From assembly GCA_027604505.1 (NCBI GenBank), contig JADIIX010000045.1:124001-161073 (forward strand): DNA of 37,073 nucleotides. The letters run 5' to 3'. Shown piece by piece: positions 25,303-36,961 of the stretch. Source of the stretch: Gonapodya sp. JEL0774. Taxonomy: Eukaryota. The position numbers and the translations under genes are program-made. Under the pieces are notes generated by a model. It was not told where the DNA came from, made no database searches, and worked only from the letters and a program-made list of their open reading frames with translations. Positions within the stretch are counted from its first letter, which is position 1. The number at the start of each line of letters is the position of its first letter.

Positions 25303-25455
25303 CTCCCATTTCTTGCTTGATATTTTCAAAATTTGGTGATTGGACTTTTCCTGATGATATGCAACTTCGGTGTTTATCTTGTTTTGTGGTTTTCGCAAGG
25401 AACTTGTCGGCATTGTACATTGGGCGAATATGTATTTGGCTCGCGAACAATACCA

Positions 25456-28400
25456 TCACGTTTGATCTTTCTCTTCTCCACCCGAACTGACAGAGTTCTT
25501 CCGTAACGTGGATGGCCCAAAGCTTTTGGTGGATGTTCTTCTACTCCCACCTTCAATGGCGCTCGACACGCCACTTCCAACTATCTCCTTGTCCACGCTT
25601 CCGTCACTAGAGCCCACTTCTAACGACCTTGTGGATCTCGCCGCTCCAGCCATTGCCCCTTTTGCAAAGTCTACAGCGCTCCTCAGAGTATCAGCAAACT
25701 TCCCAGACGTCAAGGAACTCTCACTACCCGTTGGCCCCTGTTGCTGTTGTTGTTCCATCATTGTCTTCTTCCGCTGCACATATAAGGCATGGAACGGACT
25801 CCCGTCAATGGCGCTCCGCAGCGCGAAGATCCAGTCCGCTGTGTCAGCTTCTGTGGGACACTGGAATAAATAATACGTACGGCGAGCCACCTCCATACGG
25901 CCGTCTGAGGCTAGCTTGCACGCTTTGATTATACCAAGAGAGTGAGTAAAAGGACTTGGTGAAGGAGCAATGGTGGAACCGGATGTCGGGGACGCTGGAG
26001 GAGATACTTGCGACATTGCGGAAGGATTCATTGGGTTCCCGGTGAATGATCTGGCCGGTGACGTGCTAGTGGCAGAGGACAGGCTCGTGGCAGTAATTGT
26101 TCGTTCGTCTGGCGATGGTAGCAGCACGACATGTGCAGGGTCGCTCACTACTTCATTCGTGGGAGTGAGGAGTGGTCCTGCGGCTGTGGTGCCACCTGAA
26201 GGGGATGTGTGAACTAGGGTCGCCGAGGGAGATTGGCCGCCTTCCGCTACAGCCTCCGTTGACGATTCGTGGAGGGAGGAACGAGTGACACCACTCGCAA
26301 GTGGAGACAAGCCCAATTTGGGTGGCGACTCCGCCATAACTTTAGACAGTGGTGATGTCGACGACGAAGCGGACCCAGAGGGCAAGGGTGGCAGCGACCT
26401 TGCTAATGACATGACAGAAGTAGATCCGGCGACAGTTGATGAGACCACAGAGTCCGTACCGGTTCGGTTGGGTCTCATTGCCGCAGCAGCTGCCTGCTGT
26501 TGCTCTGGGTCGTTGGTGATGATGAAATAACGGTGGCGGGATGAAAAAGATCGTGCAAAAGGGAGCCAGTCCTTGCTATCTCGGTCTGAGAAGGAGAACT
26601 CTTCTACGTGCAGGCCGTCGAGTGGAATAATGCCACGGGGCTTCTTGTCCTACAAGTAGGCAGAAAGGAAGAACGACACTAACTTCAGCAACGGTAGGTA
26701 GCGCATGCTCTGGGTTGCACAATTGCACTTACCTTTGGGTCTTTGAAGTAGTACAGACAACCATTCACCAACAAACACCATCGCTTCCCCCATGTCCTTA
26801 TCGCTCCGTCCTCTCCACTTTCCTTTAAGAGCCAACCCTGCTTTACGGCATTCGCAAACGTGTAGCTCGTATCGTTCAAGATATCGGAAACCGCCTCAAA
26901 CTGCCCCGAATGCGTTTTGCGGTGATTCTTCCCACCCGTCTCAGCGTCTGCTAGCTTAATTTCATCGTGGAGGATGCTATCGTAGATGTGCTGTGGAGTG
27001 AATGCTTCAGCGACAATGATCGGGCTCCATTGTGCTACGTTGGACTCACGTGTAACGTCTCCACTGGCAAATCCTTTCCACTATCAATACCTCTATTATT
27101 ATTTACAAAACCTTGCTTGGTCATTTTGCGTTTGATAGCCGGATTATGAAGGTCCGTGTTTACTGAACGCGGGCCAGTCAATTACTCGCACCTTTCGACG
27201 AGCTATTCGAATCTCGTGGATTCCACTTACGCATTATAATCGAAAATGCCAGTACATAAGCCGTGTCAGCACTTCCGAACACTTCCTTATTGCAGTCGTG
27301 GTACCGCTGGGCGAACCGTTGCATCATGCGATCAATTTTTTGGGCTTCGCCGGGGAGACGGAAGCCGGCAAGAAAGGAGCTGTTTGAAAAAGTGGAAGCC
27401 GAGTTAGTGAGACACTTCGAGATAGCAAAGGAAAGGCGAAATTGACGACATGCTCCACCGCACCGGAGAGCTTGGTCGAACTGCATTCCTGTGAAATCAT
27501 ACAATCTCGCATACTCTCCCAAAACCTCTATATTGAAAGAGTTGCTGTAAAGACAATCGGTAAACGGCGTGTTGTGCAAACACAAAGGCACTCCCTCACA
27601 AAATCAGACTCACTGATCACCTAAATACTCTCCAATTCCAGATTTACTTAGTCTCCAGCCAGCACCTTCACCCTTCAGTTCCTTTCCTTCCTTGGACTCC
27701 TTTTCTTTCTCCCTATCGCCACCTTCCTCATACAAAAACCTCGCCACGCTCTGGACCGTCAGCTCGATCACGCCTCGTTCTGCGAGATATTTGAGACCAG
27801 CTTTAGGCGATATGGCGAATTTGCGCCGGCCCGCCAGAAGGGTATTATGGAGGGCACGCGCAGCGTCGGTAATTGCAGATTGCTGGGGTGGGGGGCTGCA
27901 CAGAGATAACATGGCTTTAATCTACACCGCATAACATTTATTGGGTTGAATGATCGAAAGAGCAGCACTCACCTCTCTCGGCCCAGCTCCCCCATTCTCC
28001 CTACGGTGCCACAAGCTCTACTTTGCGCCAAATTACTATCCGACCTGGCTGCCTTCAACCTCGCCGCTGCTACCACCACGCCTACGGGGAAATGTTTACC
28101 GTCCTTCTGTTCCCGACCCTCCGTCACCGCACCGATGCCACTGGGATTCGCCGTCGCGGCTCTCACACGCTCCTTATCTCCACCAACGCTCGCCAACGAC
28201 GTTCTCGATCCCGTCACGTCCTCTCCCGTCACCGATGCGATCTTCCCCGGAACACTCGGACCCCCGGCCGCTGCATTCACAGCACCCGCTGGTACAACGC
28301 CCCACAGTCTCCCCACGGCGTCGAGGAACGAGCCACGACGCTTGGGACGGTCCCGTTCCCGTACTGCCACGGTGGCGGAGTATGAGTGGGAGAGGGATGC

Positions 28401-30339
28401 GGAACCGGTTGCTGAGGTCGACACAGACTCTATAGAGCCCGGCATGGACGGATTGGCGTTGGATTGGTGCAGGATGGAGTCGATATCGGGGACTTGAGAT
28501 GACGGGGCAGGTCGCGAGGTGATGCCGATGGGTGTGGACGTGGAAGAGACCGTTGCTGAGCGAGTACGAGGGCGGTGGTGGGGGCTGGAGTTGGGACTTC
28601 GGGACACCGACCCGACGGGAGCTGGGTTGGTGGAGTCATCTGTGGCAGCGGGCGAGGGGACAGTTGCAGAGGTGGTCGGAGGGGCGGTAGAGGGATGGTC
28701 ACTTTGTGATGGAAGGTTAGATATGTGTGAACTTCTGAGAATGGGAATGGAATCTGTAGGGAGAGGATTACGTGTGCGACATACCTGTCGTTCATAAAAA
28801 AGCTCAATGACTTCTTGAGGAACGAGAGTTTCGATGTGCTGGCAATTCGAACACCCGGTTCCCATCAGGATTTCAAATTGATTCAGAATGGTCTGGGTCC
28901 CAAAGGTGAACAAGCACTCAAAACAGACACTACACGGCTCACCTTCGCCACCCATCACCCTGAGCCTTGCTGTCTCCTTGTATCGAGGCAGTAGTTGGGT
29001 TGGCATCCGCATCTCCCAGAATTGTCCCCGTTGAACCCGTCATTACTCCCACGGAGCCCATTCCGCCAGCGGAAACGGTCTTACTTCTCCTCCTGGGCTT
29101 ACTAGCACCTGCGTTGGCACTACACTGCAATATGTCACTGACAGGTGGAAGTGGAGTGACTGCATCGGCTGCAGCTGCGTCCGAGATTGTGGTTGGAGAC
29201 TCACACGCTTGAGCTTGAGAGGAAGAAAAGATTGAGGCGGGACCACCTGGTGAGAGTGGAATGATGGTGGATCGTATGGAGAAGCGGGAGGATGAACGGA
29301 CGGAAGCGGACCGTCGAGCATGCGAGGGTGCTGCGTCAGATGAACTCGAAATGGGGGCAGGTGTAGAAGAAGAGACAGAGGAGGTGCGTGTACGACTGCG
29401 TCGACGAGAGGCAGATCGTGACAAGCCTGGGTCTGTAGGATGAGATGAGGTTGGTGGGGAGGTTTGGGGTGGTGGGTACGAGGATACGGAGGGAAGGTCT
29501 GCGAGCACGTCGCGAGAGGAGCTCGACGTAGCAAGCGTAGAGTGATTTCGGACATGCGATGGGCCTTGATTTGTGCTGGTGGCATCGACACGTGCGGTAG
29601 AGGGAATGCAGGGGAGGTCTGCACTGTCTTCCGACGAAAGGAGATCCAGCGAAGCATTAACGAGAGCGGAAGAGGGTTCAGAGGAGTCAGACGGCACAGA
29701 AGATGGGTTGAGCACCAGCTGAGCTAAGACGGTTGGGGACGAGACGGACATTCGGCGAGCCAGCGGCACAGGTCGAGGCGTGGAATGTACGGGTGTAGGA
29801 GCCACAGATACTAGAGGCTCCGGCGGTGCAGCCATTGCAACGGATATAGAAGACAGAATATCGGGTATATCCGGAAGTGCTGATTGAGACGTCGTGTGGG
29901 AGACACGGTCCAACGGAACTTGGTCTGATGCCGCCGTCACCGATGATCTCACTAACACTACAACCTCTCCAGATGCAGCTTGCTGACCACTCTCGTCACC
30001 TCTTTTTCGTTCAGTCTCTCTGCGGGGTCCGTCCAATCCCTGTTGTTGCTCCTCATCCTTACACCCACGTTGTCCCATGTCGCGCACCCTGTACCCCACG
30101 TTCTCCTGCCCCGTCCACGCATCCTCTTCACTCTCGAGCATTTCCATCCCGACAGTTACTGTCCGAGACTCGCCCATGGCGTGCGATACGGTGGCGTTGT
30201 TGGAAGGAGGAGATGTCCTGGACTCAGAGTTCGGAGAGGGTAAGGGTACAATGTCTCGGGATTCCCATCCTGTGGCACTTGTATCCTGGAGATGTTCCTG
30301 TGACGACGAGAGCTCCAGATCCGGGCCCATCGTGTCCAT
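25456..30339 (-). CDS. Cytohesin/ARNO/GRP1-type ARF guanine-nucleotide exchange factor (disordered N-terminus, Sec7, PH)
   Basis: Sec7: [33 protein letters not shown] (catalytic Glu present), [62 protein letters not shown], and cytohesin-specific IIKACK..DGR and [18 protein letters not shown]. Start codon tentative. Confidence 0.9.
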
Positions 30340-30800
30340 CGCCAGTCAGAGATGGCCCCGTAAAACTGAAGACTGGTTTGGTGCATCTCCTATTTCGGAG
30401 TTTTAGGTTCTGCCGATCCATCCCACAAGCTAATGTATCTCCATCTGGGAATCAGGACCAGCAGGCTCGCTGGTGGCTGTAGAGCTTCATGTGATTACGA
30501 TTACAGCAAGCGATGACACCACAAAATGGGAACGGTAGGCGGGTCGGTCATTTTTGAATTTGGACATAAAAGTTGCACAAGATTATTAGCGTGAACTACT
30601 TAGTGCACAGGGCCAAATGGAGCTTGTTGTTGAGTAGCTTAAAATGTGATTTGAGAACTCAGAATTGGTCACACGTAGCTACTTTAGTTTGCCCCCGTTT
30701 GTCTGATATCCAGAGTGAAGCTCGACTTATCTATGGAGTCGTAGCCTCCTATGTACATGTACTTCAGTGCACTTGTCATTGAATGACATGCGTCCTTAGC

Positions 30801-31672
30801 CTATGGCCTACGATGAAAGTAATTTCTCGCTCCTGCAGCGATCAGTGCCGTGAGAATCCACAGACTCCAGTATTTCGCCCTCAAAGGCTCGAGAAGACTC
30901 TGCAAGGTGCTTGCTTCTGGAATGGGCACAAGCCGGTCAGATCCCATCATGAGTGCCGGCCTGTCGAGGTACTTTGGCACTCCATCCATAATGCACGAGG
31001 GTGTGAGGAATGTGTCGAGTTGGCTTTCACAGTACACGCTTTCGGAAGAGGTGTGGTTGGACAACTAGGAGGACTCGAGAGCTGGTCAGGCTCACTTCGA
31101 AGCAAGGACTCACTGAGCCATCGGCTTAAACCAGCCAATTCCGCGGTCACTGGAGGTGGTGGGAAACAGAGTACGCACGTCGAATTGAGCAGGAGGGTGG
31201 ATGAAGATTGGAACGTGGCTTTTGTGGCAGTGGCAGTGGTGGGGAACAGTTGAGCTTCAGCACTTCCGGCAGCAGCGGAACAAGCAATCACCATTTCGAG
31301 CACGAATGCCGTACGGTTTTATCTGCGCTGTCTGGATCCGAGGTGTATGTATCGGTAGATCCCTGCACGATAACATCGGCCGCTTTGAAAATGGCAGCTT
31401 CACTCATTGGAGCGGAGTGGATTCGTGTGCAGTCTGTGCAGTGGCAGATGGTCATCATGATCGGAGGGGCGAGTGTTATGAGCTGAGATGTAACGTGTAG
31501 AAGATACCATCAGCAAAGACGAGCTCGAGAAAGGTTTGAGGATTGCTTATAGATTGCTAGCGACAGGAGCTCCCTCTCCTAGCATATCTGTCTTAGATGA
31601 TTGGGGTTAAGAATATTGTCTCGTCGAGCACACCTTTACGTTTCCGCAAGGACAGGAAAACTGGCGGAACAT
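30801..31672 (-). CDS. GFA (glutathione-dependent formaldehyde-activating)/CENP-V/Mss4-like Zn protein, 190 aa, with a hydrophobic C-terminal tail
   Basis: Exons 31672-31634, 31482-31292, 31218-31114 and 31038-30801 splice in phase to MFRQFSCPCGNVK..ICHCTDCTRIHSAP..VRHSCSKC..WFKPMAHVYC..DGVPKYLDRP..WSLWILTALIAAGARNYFHRRP. Confidence 0.85.
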
Positions 31673-32172
31673 TCTGAAAGCGGGGAGATTGACCAAAAAC
31701 GCGCGTGACAACTATGTGCGTGGAGCGTTAAGCGTGGCAGCAGATGAAGGAAAGGACACGTGTTCTTCGGGATGGTGCGGGACTGGTGCCACAACCGGAA
31801 TAGGAACCTACGCTTCTGCAAGCGTATCTGAATTTCAATCCGGGGGCAGGCCGCCATCTATGTTGGCCATCAAATAGTCAAAATAAAAGGCGGACGAATG
31901 GGTGTCCCTGTGGCCACTGTATTGCGGATGGCAGCGGGACAAGTCCCAGCCTGTCGGAGGTGTAAATGGATTCGCCGGAGCTGCAGACATAGCGTCACTA
32001 TTAATGTCGCTTTCATGCTCAAAGGAAACGGAGGTGGCTGATGGCGTACATTTAACTGGAACAAGAACGCAAGGAACTGCTTCGGCCATTGGCCTTGGGT
32101 ATGAGAAGAAGAACAGCCCTCGACAGACCCAATCAACGAAACAGAAAATTCGATTTCAATTTTCGCTTTTTG

Positions 32173-35100
32173 ATGTCACCGCCTGCGTCTTCTGTCCCGG
32201 CAAATTCGGCTTTACCCTCTGAGAACCCTCCTGCCCGTCATCTCACACTCGCAGACATTCTCGACGGCCGCGTTTCGGACCTACCATCAGCTGACGAACA
32301 TGATGGCGAGACGGAAACGGACCTTGCGACATTGGAAGACGCGGACCGAGATGCGGACACGGACGGGGACGCGATGGACATGTCCCGTTCGCAGGACCCA
32401 AACGAAGGCGGAGTGATGTGTGCGGAGTGCGAAGGTAGGTTGCTGTTGTCTTAGTCCACGCGTGTATGGCAGAAAGAGTTGGAAATGACGACCGAGGCGT
32501 CTGTGCCTGGAAGCTTTGTCAACGTAAGGTGAACAGAGTTTGGAGAGCAACAGCTGGCCCAAAATAGAGGGCTACCAGCATCCTCTTTCTGTTCTCCAGA
32601 GGCGTCATTCGCTCGAAACAAGGGTGGGAGCGCGTACTGAATTGAACATCCCTGGTTTGCGAATCTCTCTGGATATTGTTAACTTCGATTTGCCTTGATA
32701 AGATCACCCCGCCGACCTCCTCTGTTCCGACTGTGACGATCCATACTGTGATGTCTGCTTTACCTCCCAACACCGGTGAGAGTATTTTCCTCGCTCCTTT
32801 CTCCCGTTCCCTCGTTTCTCTCAGCTTACTCACCCTCAACTCCTTCCCCAACAACGGCCCTTCTCCAGGAAAGGCAAACGCGCCGCCCACCGCACCTCAC
32901 GCCTCCGTGCCCCGACCGCCACTACCGCTGCTGCCGCGTCCGCCACCGGTAAAACAAACCGCGAGCCTTCGGACGAAGTTCGTGAGGCTATTCCAGGCGT
33001 GGAGACGTGGGAGTCGGAAGAGGAAGATGCAGAAGCGGAGAAGCAAGCCGGAGATACGAATGCGGAGACAGCTTTCGGGGAATGGTTTGTTGGTGAGTCG
33101 ACTGTTAATCCGATTCCGAGTGGCTGTTGATCCTTGATAGTTGAGAATCGCGCATTCGTAACGCTATGCAGAACGGGCAAAGTACATCCCTCTTCGTCTC
33201 ACCCTCGAAGAACGCAAATACTGTGAGTACCCGCGACCAGTCACCGTTCCTCGAATTCGCTGCCTTTTCTCTCTTACAACTCGTATCATCCTCGCAGTGC
33301 GCCTTCTCGAAGCCGCTCTTCTCGTGTCTGAATACACGGATAAAGTCGACGTATTGACTTACACCTCGCGGACCAAGCGGGCTGTGGCTCAAATCAAAGA
33401 GCTGTGCTCGATCGTGTCCGGGTTGGTGTTGGCGGCAGATTATGGGGCGGGACAGAAGTTGGTGAGTCTCGGTTGGAATGCGGGCGACCCACGGGTGACA
33501 AGGGCATTGGCGTTTGTTGGAGAGCTGGTCAAGATTCAAAGGGAATCAAAATGAAAGTTGCTGGTTGAACAATGAAATCGGTCTCTCAAATCATTACCGC
33601 GATCCTCCACCCAGTTCGCCGACCGTGACTTTGCCTCCAACGAAGCCTTTTACCAAAGCCTATTCGAATTCGGCCGTCGTCACAAGATTCAAAATCCCGA
33701 GAAAATGCGCGCGACCTATGGGAAACTCGTCCACGTCCTCATGGACGCGCAATCGGAGGACGTCAAGGAGCAACTCGGATTCTCGTGTGTTAAACCGCTC
33801 AAAACGGTGTACTCGACGTTGGAGGAAGGCGGTGCCACAGGACTGCTTAGGGATCCCTTGGTGGAAGTGGCCACGATGGAGATCAAAGCGGAAGGGAAGC
33901 AGCGGTTCGCCGTGCAGCAGGAGATCCGGAAAAAGGTTGGTCGTAGCATGTTGTTTGTGTGAGCACATGTGTTGTGTCTCCAACTCAATGTCCCCGCTCC
34001 ACCTCTCCCCTCTCAGGAGCGTGCTATCGAAACCCTCGCCCGCCGGTATGCCACCGCGGACATGCCTGCCGATGCTGTCCGGCAATGTTTGTACTCGATT
34101 GGAGATAATCATGCCTACTTACGTTACAATCGGGATCCGTGCGATAAGATGCTGGAATGGCTCAACAAGGTATGTTTGGAGGTTCTGCTCAGTTCGTGTG
34201 TCGGCTCATCAATCAATACTTGCGAACTTCCTCGCGCAACGTCGCAAACCCATCATACGTACAGTATTTCAGTCCCGAAAGTCACGAAGGGGGGTACAAT
34301 CTCGCGATCCAAATGGGCAGAGGCGGCGCCCGCCTCTCCCACGACCACACTCGCCAATTCCACTACGTCTCGCAATCGCTCAGCTTGTGGCGAGAAATCG
34401 CCCACGATATGTACATGTTGTGGTACCTTGCCGAGCAGGACTTGTTGGACGAGGATCACATGTACAGGCTCAGGGATACAGGACAAGGGTTGAACAGAGT
34501 GCAGGCGGCCCCGAGAGTGTCAAGGGCGATGCATAGTATATTAAACAAAGCGCAGAAGAAGCTCGGCTATTGGGTCGGATCGAGCGGTGGGTTGTTCGTT
34601 TTTGTCTCTTGTCACTGTAACACGGTGGTGAAAGTCCGTTTGGCTGGTTCTCGGCTCCCGGTCGCTGCGTGTAGTCATCCACCTGGGAGATCACAAGTGA
34701 GTAGTGTTTACTGATTCTCGAGACAATAACTTGTGTTCATGAAGCTGTTGTGGTGTGCCACGAACAGCGTTCCCAACGCGTTTTTGTTCATTGACAAATA
34801 CTCACAGGTGAGAGCGTTGTTCTCAAAACACAGGACGGAAGCGTTCTCTTACATCGTGCGCTCCATTCGCAGGTCGCTCGAATACTAGGGCCGCTGTGTT
34901 TGTGCCTTGAACAACTTGACCGTATCGTTCTCGACCCTGGAGTGGCAAACTATATCAAGCAGACTTTCGGAGGTGTGGAGAAACTGCGGAAGGACATTTT
35001 ACTGGATTTCTTCCGGCACGCGTTTGATGGTTCGGGGGCCGACAACTTTTTCGATGCGGGATCGTGCATTGATGGGAGATTAACAAGTGCGTGGAACTGG

Positions 35101-35270
35101 TGTTCCAAAATCGAGAAAAAACCGGTAAGTCTGTTCAATATCTGCGAGGGTTCATTACGGATAGTTCCCTTATTTCTCTCTTCCACGCGCGCCCAAAAAA
35201 AAAAATAAAGTACTTTCCCGTGTTCCTTTTGACCGGATTTTTGGGTTTCGATGGGAAAGAAGGATTCTAG
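32173..35270 (+). CDS. UPF0652/DUF2009-domain protein with an N-terminal B-box zinc finger
   Basis: B-box CAECE|DHPADLLCSDCDDPYCDVCFTSQHRKG; ERAKYIPLRL; SEYTDKVD; GRRHKIQNPEKMRATYGKL; GARLSHDHTRQFHYVSQSL; WVGSSVIHLGDHNVPNA; HAFDGSGADNFFDAGSCIDGRLTSAWNWCS; ends FLLTGFLGFDGKEGF-TAG. Confidence 0.88.
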
Positions 35271-35729
35271 GCACAAAGTCGAAGGGGAGTGAAACAGCAC
35301 GTACAGATTCAAACATAGACCTAAAGACTATCGTAAACTGTGAACTATTGCTTAAAATTTCGTTGCATTTATTCGGAATACAGTAGCATGACAGGACTGT
35401 AAGTCTCAACGGTCAGTCTCGCTGGCGCCACCATTGACGAAAAATCTATACTGCGTGCGTGGGCGACATTGCTGACCAGGTGTGTCGCGCGTGTGAATGC
35501 AAGGGTTACACATAAACACACACTCCCACCCATCGTGGAGCTCACGAACCGCACGCAAGCAGTGGGTCTTAAGATCACTTTTTATTTCCTCCTCTCACAC
35601 CATTCACCCGAATATGATTACTATTACATTTCGGCTCTGATATGCTGTGCATCCCAGATTCATTCTGGTATTTGGTAGTCCACAGTGGCAGGCCAAGCGC
35701 ACATCTCAGAGGAAAGGTGCTCCACCCAC

Positions 35730-36728
35730 TCAATTGATATCCATCGGGACTGGATCCTGACCTTGGCCAAGAGGCAGAGGATTGACGACAAAGAAACGGG
35801 CTTGTGGTGGGGGTAGATTAATGAGAACTTCTGTAACTCGTTCGAAAATGCTCCTGAAACGAATGATGCGGTCTTTAAACACGCTGTACGCATCGTGGTC
35901 CCATTTGCCGCTTTTCTCTGAATACGTCCAGAGCTCGTTGGCCGTAAGGTAACCCACAGGGACAGAGTTGCGCTGCGCCATGGGGGTAAGACTTCGGTAC
36001 GCGGGGACATAGGCAATCGTGCCATCGATTGCTGGGTGGCTTTCACGGAGATTTTGTGGCACCCACAACAGCTGGTAATTCTGCAATTTCCAGGCGGCAG
36101 GAACATGATCGCTTGTGGTGAAATCCCGCAGGGTTGAAGCCACCCTCCGAATCATCTCACTGATTACACGGGCTGGCATCCCCTGTTTTGTGAGCTCAAA
36201 GCGATTGATTATCCCTCCAACAAACTTGGGGTCGGGCGTTCGAACTGGATCTGCAGGCCCTCTCCATTTAGGTAATGCGGGAAGTGCATTCTTTTAATTT
36301 GCACCAGCCTCGGCACGGGTGGATTCGACACTTCTTGCTGATCGCGCACGTTCCTCACACGTTCGAGAACCGACAAAATGTTGTCTGGATGGTCAACGAA
36401 GAACTGGTCCCATTGCACCTCCCCGTCCTCCCTCTCCTCTCCACCGCTCCAGCAACCGAAAGCGGTGTTAGATTGCATTGCGGGTCAAGGTCGACAATGA
36501 CCACCTTCTTGCCCAACATGGCGAGAGCCCAGGCCACGCTGTGAAGGGTGGTCGTCTTGCCAACCCCGCCTTTGTGACTATAGAATGCAACGATTTTGGA
36601 TTGAAGGTTGTCTTGCCGTGGCAGGACTCTTCCGGAACAGAAACAAGAGTTATAGCCGCCTGTTCGGATGGTGGATGGGTAGGATTATCAGCCTCCTGCA
36701 CGTTTGCCCCGTTCTCCTGGTTCTGCAT
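35730..36728 (-). pseudogene. Bacterial-type ParA/Soj-family (deviant Walker A) ATPase, frameshifted and internally deleted
   Basis: SKIVAFYSHKGGVGKTTTLHSVAWALAMLGKKVVIVDLDPQCNLT in one frame; WDQFF..NILSVL..PRLVQIK in a second; PKFVGGIINRF..IAYVPAYRSLTPMAQRNSVPV in a third. No Walker B (IDxxP) segment was found. Confidence 0.75.
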
Positions 36729-36917
36729 GATGTTAATGAAATCAGAACGAGTCGTTTCAGGAGGGTTAGGTTATTGCTGTTCCGGAAATGGTTGGCTAAG
36801 CAAGCCCTGGAGTTCTGTTACATGTAGTTGACATGACATCAATATATTGAAAAGTATGTATCCCTGAAACTAACCGCACCAGCAATGTATGATCCGTAGA
36901 GAATACAATGCAACAAT

Positions 36918-36942
36918 AGATCTACTGAGATCTACTGATCTA
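36918..36942. repeat. Tandem 10-bp duplication AGATCTACTG x2 plus a partial copy
   Basis: agatctactg agatctactg atcta read directly. Confidence 0.6.
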
Positions 36943-36961
36943 GCGGAATGCCACATCGCAT

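Noticed and set aside
33514..34536. 340-aa + strand ORF and other long overlapping or antisense ORFs in the track
   Set aside because: These are shadow frames of real exons in GC-rich coding DNA, with no motifs of their own.
4730..35270. Ubiquitin-system clustering (USP-like, APC5, B-box/DUF2009)
   Set aside because: Such genes are abundant in eukaryotes and these are not all adjacent; chance is sufficient.
35730..36728. Bacterial contamination or chimeric contig as the explanation for parA
   Set aside because: No operon neighbours, similar base composition, and a decayed state directly beside an intron-containing gene. It cannot be fully excluded without reads.
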